Shown here: one piece after another, positions 25,288 through 25,839 of the stretch
Position numbering within the stretch: the first letter of the stretch is position 1
How the letters are laid out: each line of letters opens with the position of its first letter
Virus record (IMG/VR): IMGVR_UViG_3300031644_000520
Coordinates: 1 to 25,839 of that record
Direction: 5' to 3' (one strand)
DNA: 25,839 bases
Source of the DNA: a virus
Lineage: Duplodnaviria > Caudoviricetes
Program-made: the position numbers and the translations under genes
The notes under the pieces: generated by a model
The model's input: the letters and a program-made list of their open reading frames with translations, nothing else
Told to the model about the DNA's origin: nothing
The model's database searches: none

Positions 25288-25839
25288 TGAAAATAGCAGT
25301 TTGCATTTCTGGCATTGCCAGAGGTAACGTAAAGCATAATATTGGTAGAATAAAAGAAGCCTTTGGCGATAAAGCAGATATATTTACTGCGTCGTGGAAA
25401 GAACATAAAAATGATTACAGCGAACAATACGGCGCTGAATATTATGACGAGCCTACCCTACATTACAATTCTTGGAAAGATTGTGTAACTGATAATCCTC
25501 ATCCAAAATATAAATTATATAAGCAAGCATTCATAAACCAAGATGGTCCTGCATTTTTTTTAGCTCAACGAAAAAAATTAATGAATGCAACTAAACAACT
25601 TATTGCACACGCCTATCAATTACCTAACATACCTCAAGAATATGATATGATTATAAGATTAAGATGGGATAGTGTAGTGTCTACAAAATTAGATTTTACT
25701 AAATACCTAGAACAATCGTATGATGGCAATATGGCTGTAGGATTTGCTATTCGTGGTGGTAGACATGCAAAGCTTGATATATTTAAAGATATTGATCATG
25801 TTTATTGTGATGATAATACTGATCAAATGTGGAGTAGAG
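25287..25839 (+). CDS. Putative glycosyltransferase-like protein, truncated by the window end (not in the ORF track)
   Basis: GAGG RBS and TAATG overlap; open frame MKIAVCISGIARG...YDMIIRLRWD to the end of the window. This pattern recurs in glycan-cluster proteins. Confidence 0.65.
   Translation, partial: MKIAVCISGIARGNVKHNIGRIKEAFGDKADIFTASWKEHKNDYSEQYGAEYYDEPTLHYNSWKDCVTDNPHPKYKLYKQAFINQDGPAFFLAQRKKLMNATKQLIAHAYQLPNIPQEYDMIIRLRWDSVVSTKLDFTKYLEQSYDGNMAVGFAIRGGRHAKLDIFKDIDHVYCDDNTDQMWSR

Noticed and set aside
45-25427. All minus-strand ORFs and nested alternative-frame plus ORFs (2595, 3870, 9947, 11829)
   Set aside because: They lie over well-supported + strand genes, have no recognisable motifs, and are typical shadow ORFs.

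Overview
AT-rich fragment of a T4-like (myovirus-type) phage genome. All credible genes lie on the + strand, tightly packed with ATGA/TAATG overlaps. Core replication and recombination genes are present: gp43-type family B DNA polymerase, an AEP-type primase-like protein, UvsX, a probable gp40, gp41 helicase, RNase H, a PD-(D/E)xK exonuclease and ThyX. Three things stand out. (1) A contiguous DNA base-modification operon (about 5.5-11.1 kb): Nmad1/DUF1599-like protein, T4 gp42-type dCMP hydroxymethylase, dCMP deaminase, a beta-glucosyltransferase-like GT-B protein, UDP-galactopyranose mutase, an NDP-sugar epimerase and an atypical C5 cytosine methyltransferase. Together these predict hydroxymethylcytosine carrying a furanose sugar such as galactofuranose. 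(2) A glycan-synthesis island (20.6 kb to the end) containing a form IV RuBisCO-like protein coupled to a nucleotidyltransferase. (3) Seven near-identical sigma70-type early promoters. Five are preceded by a TAACATGTTA-type palindrome at helically phased distances, and four of these form a duplicated 'A-gene-B-gene' cassette. All family calls come from motif recognition by eye; no searches were run.
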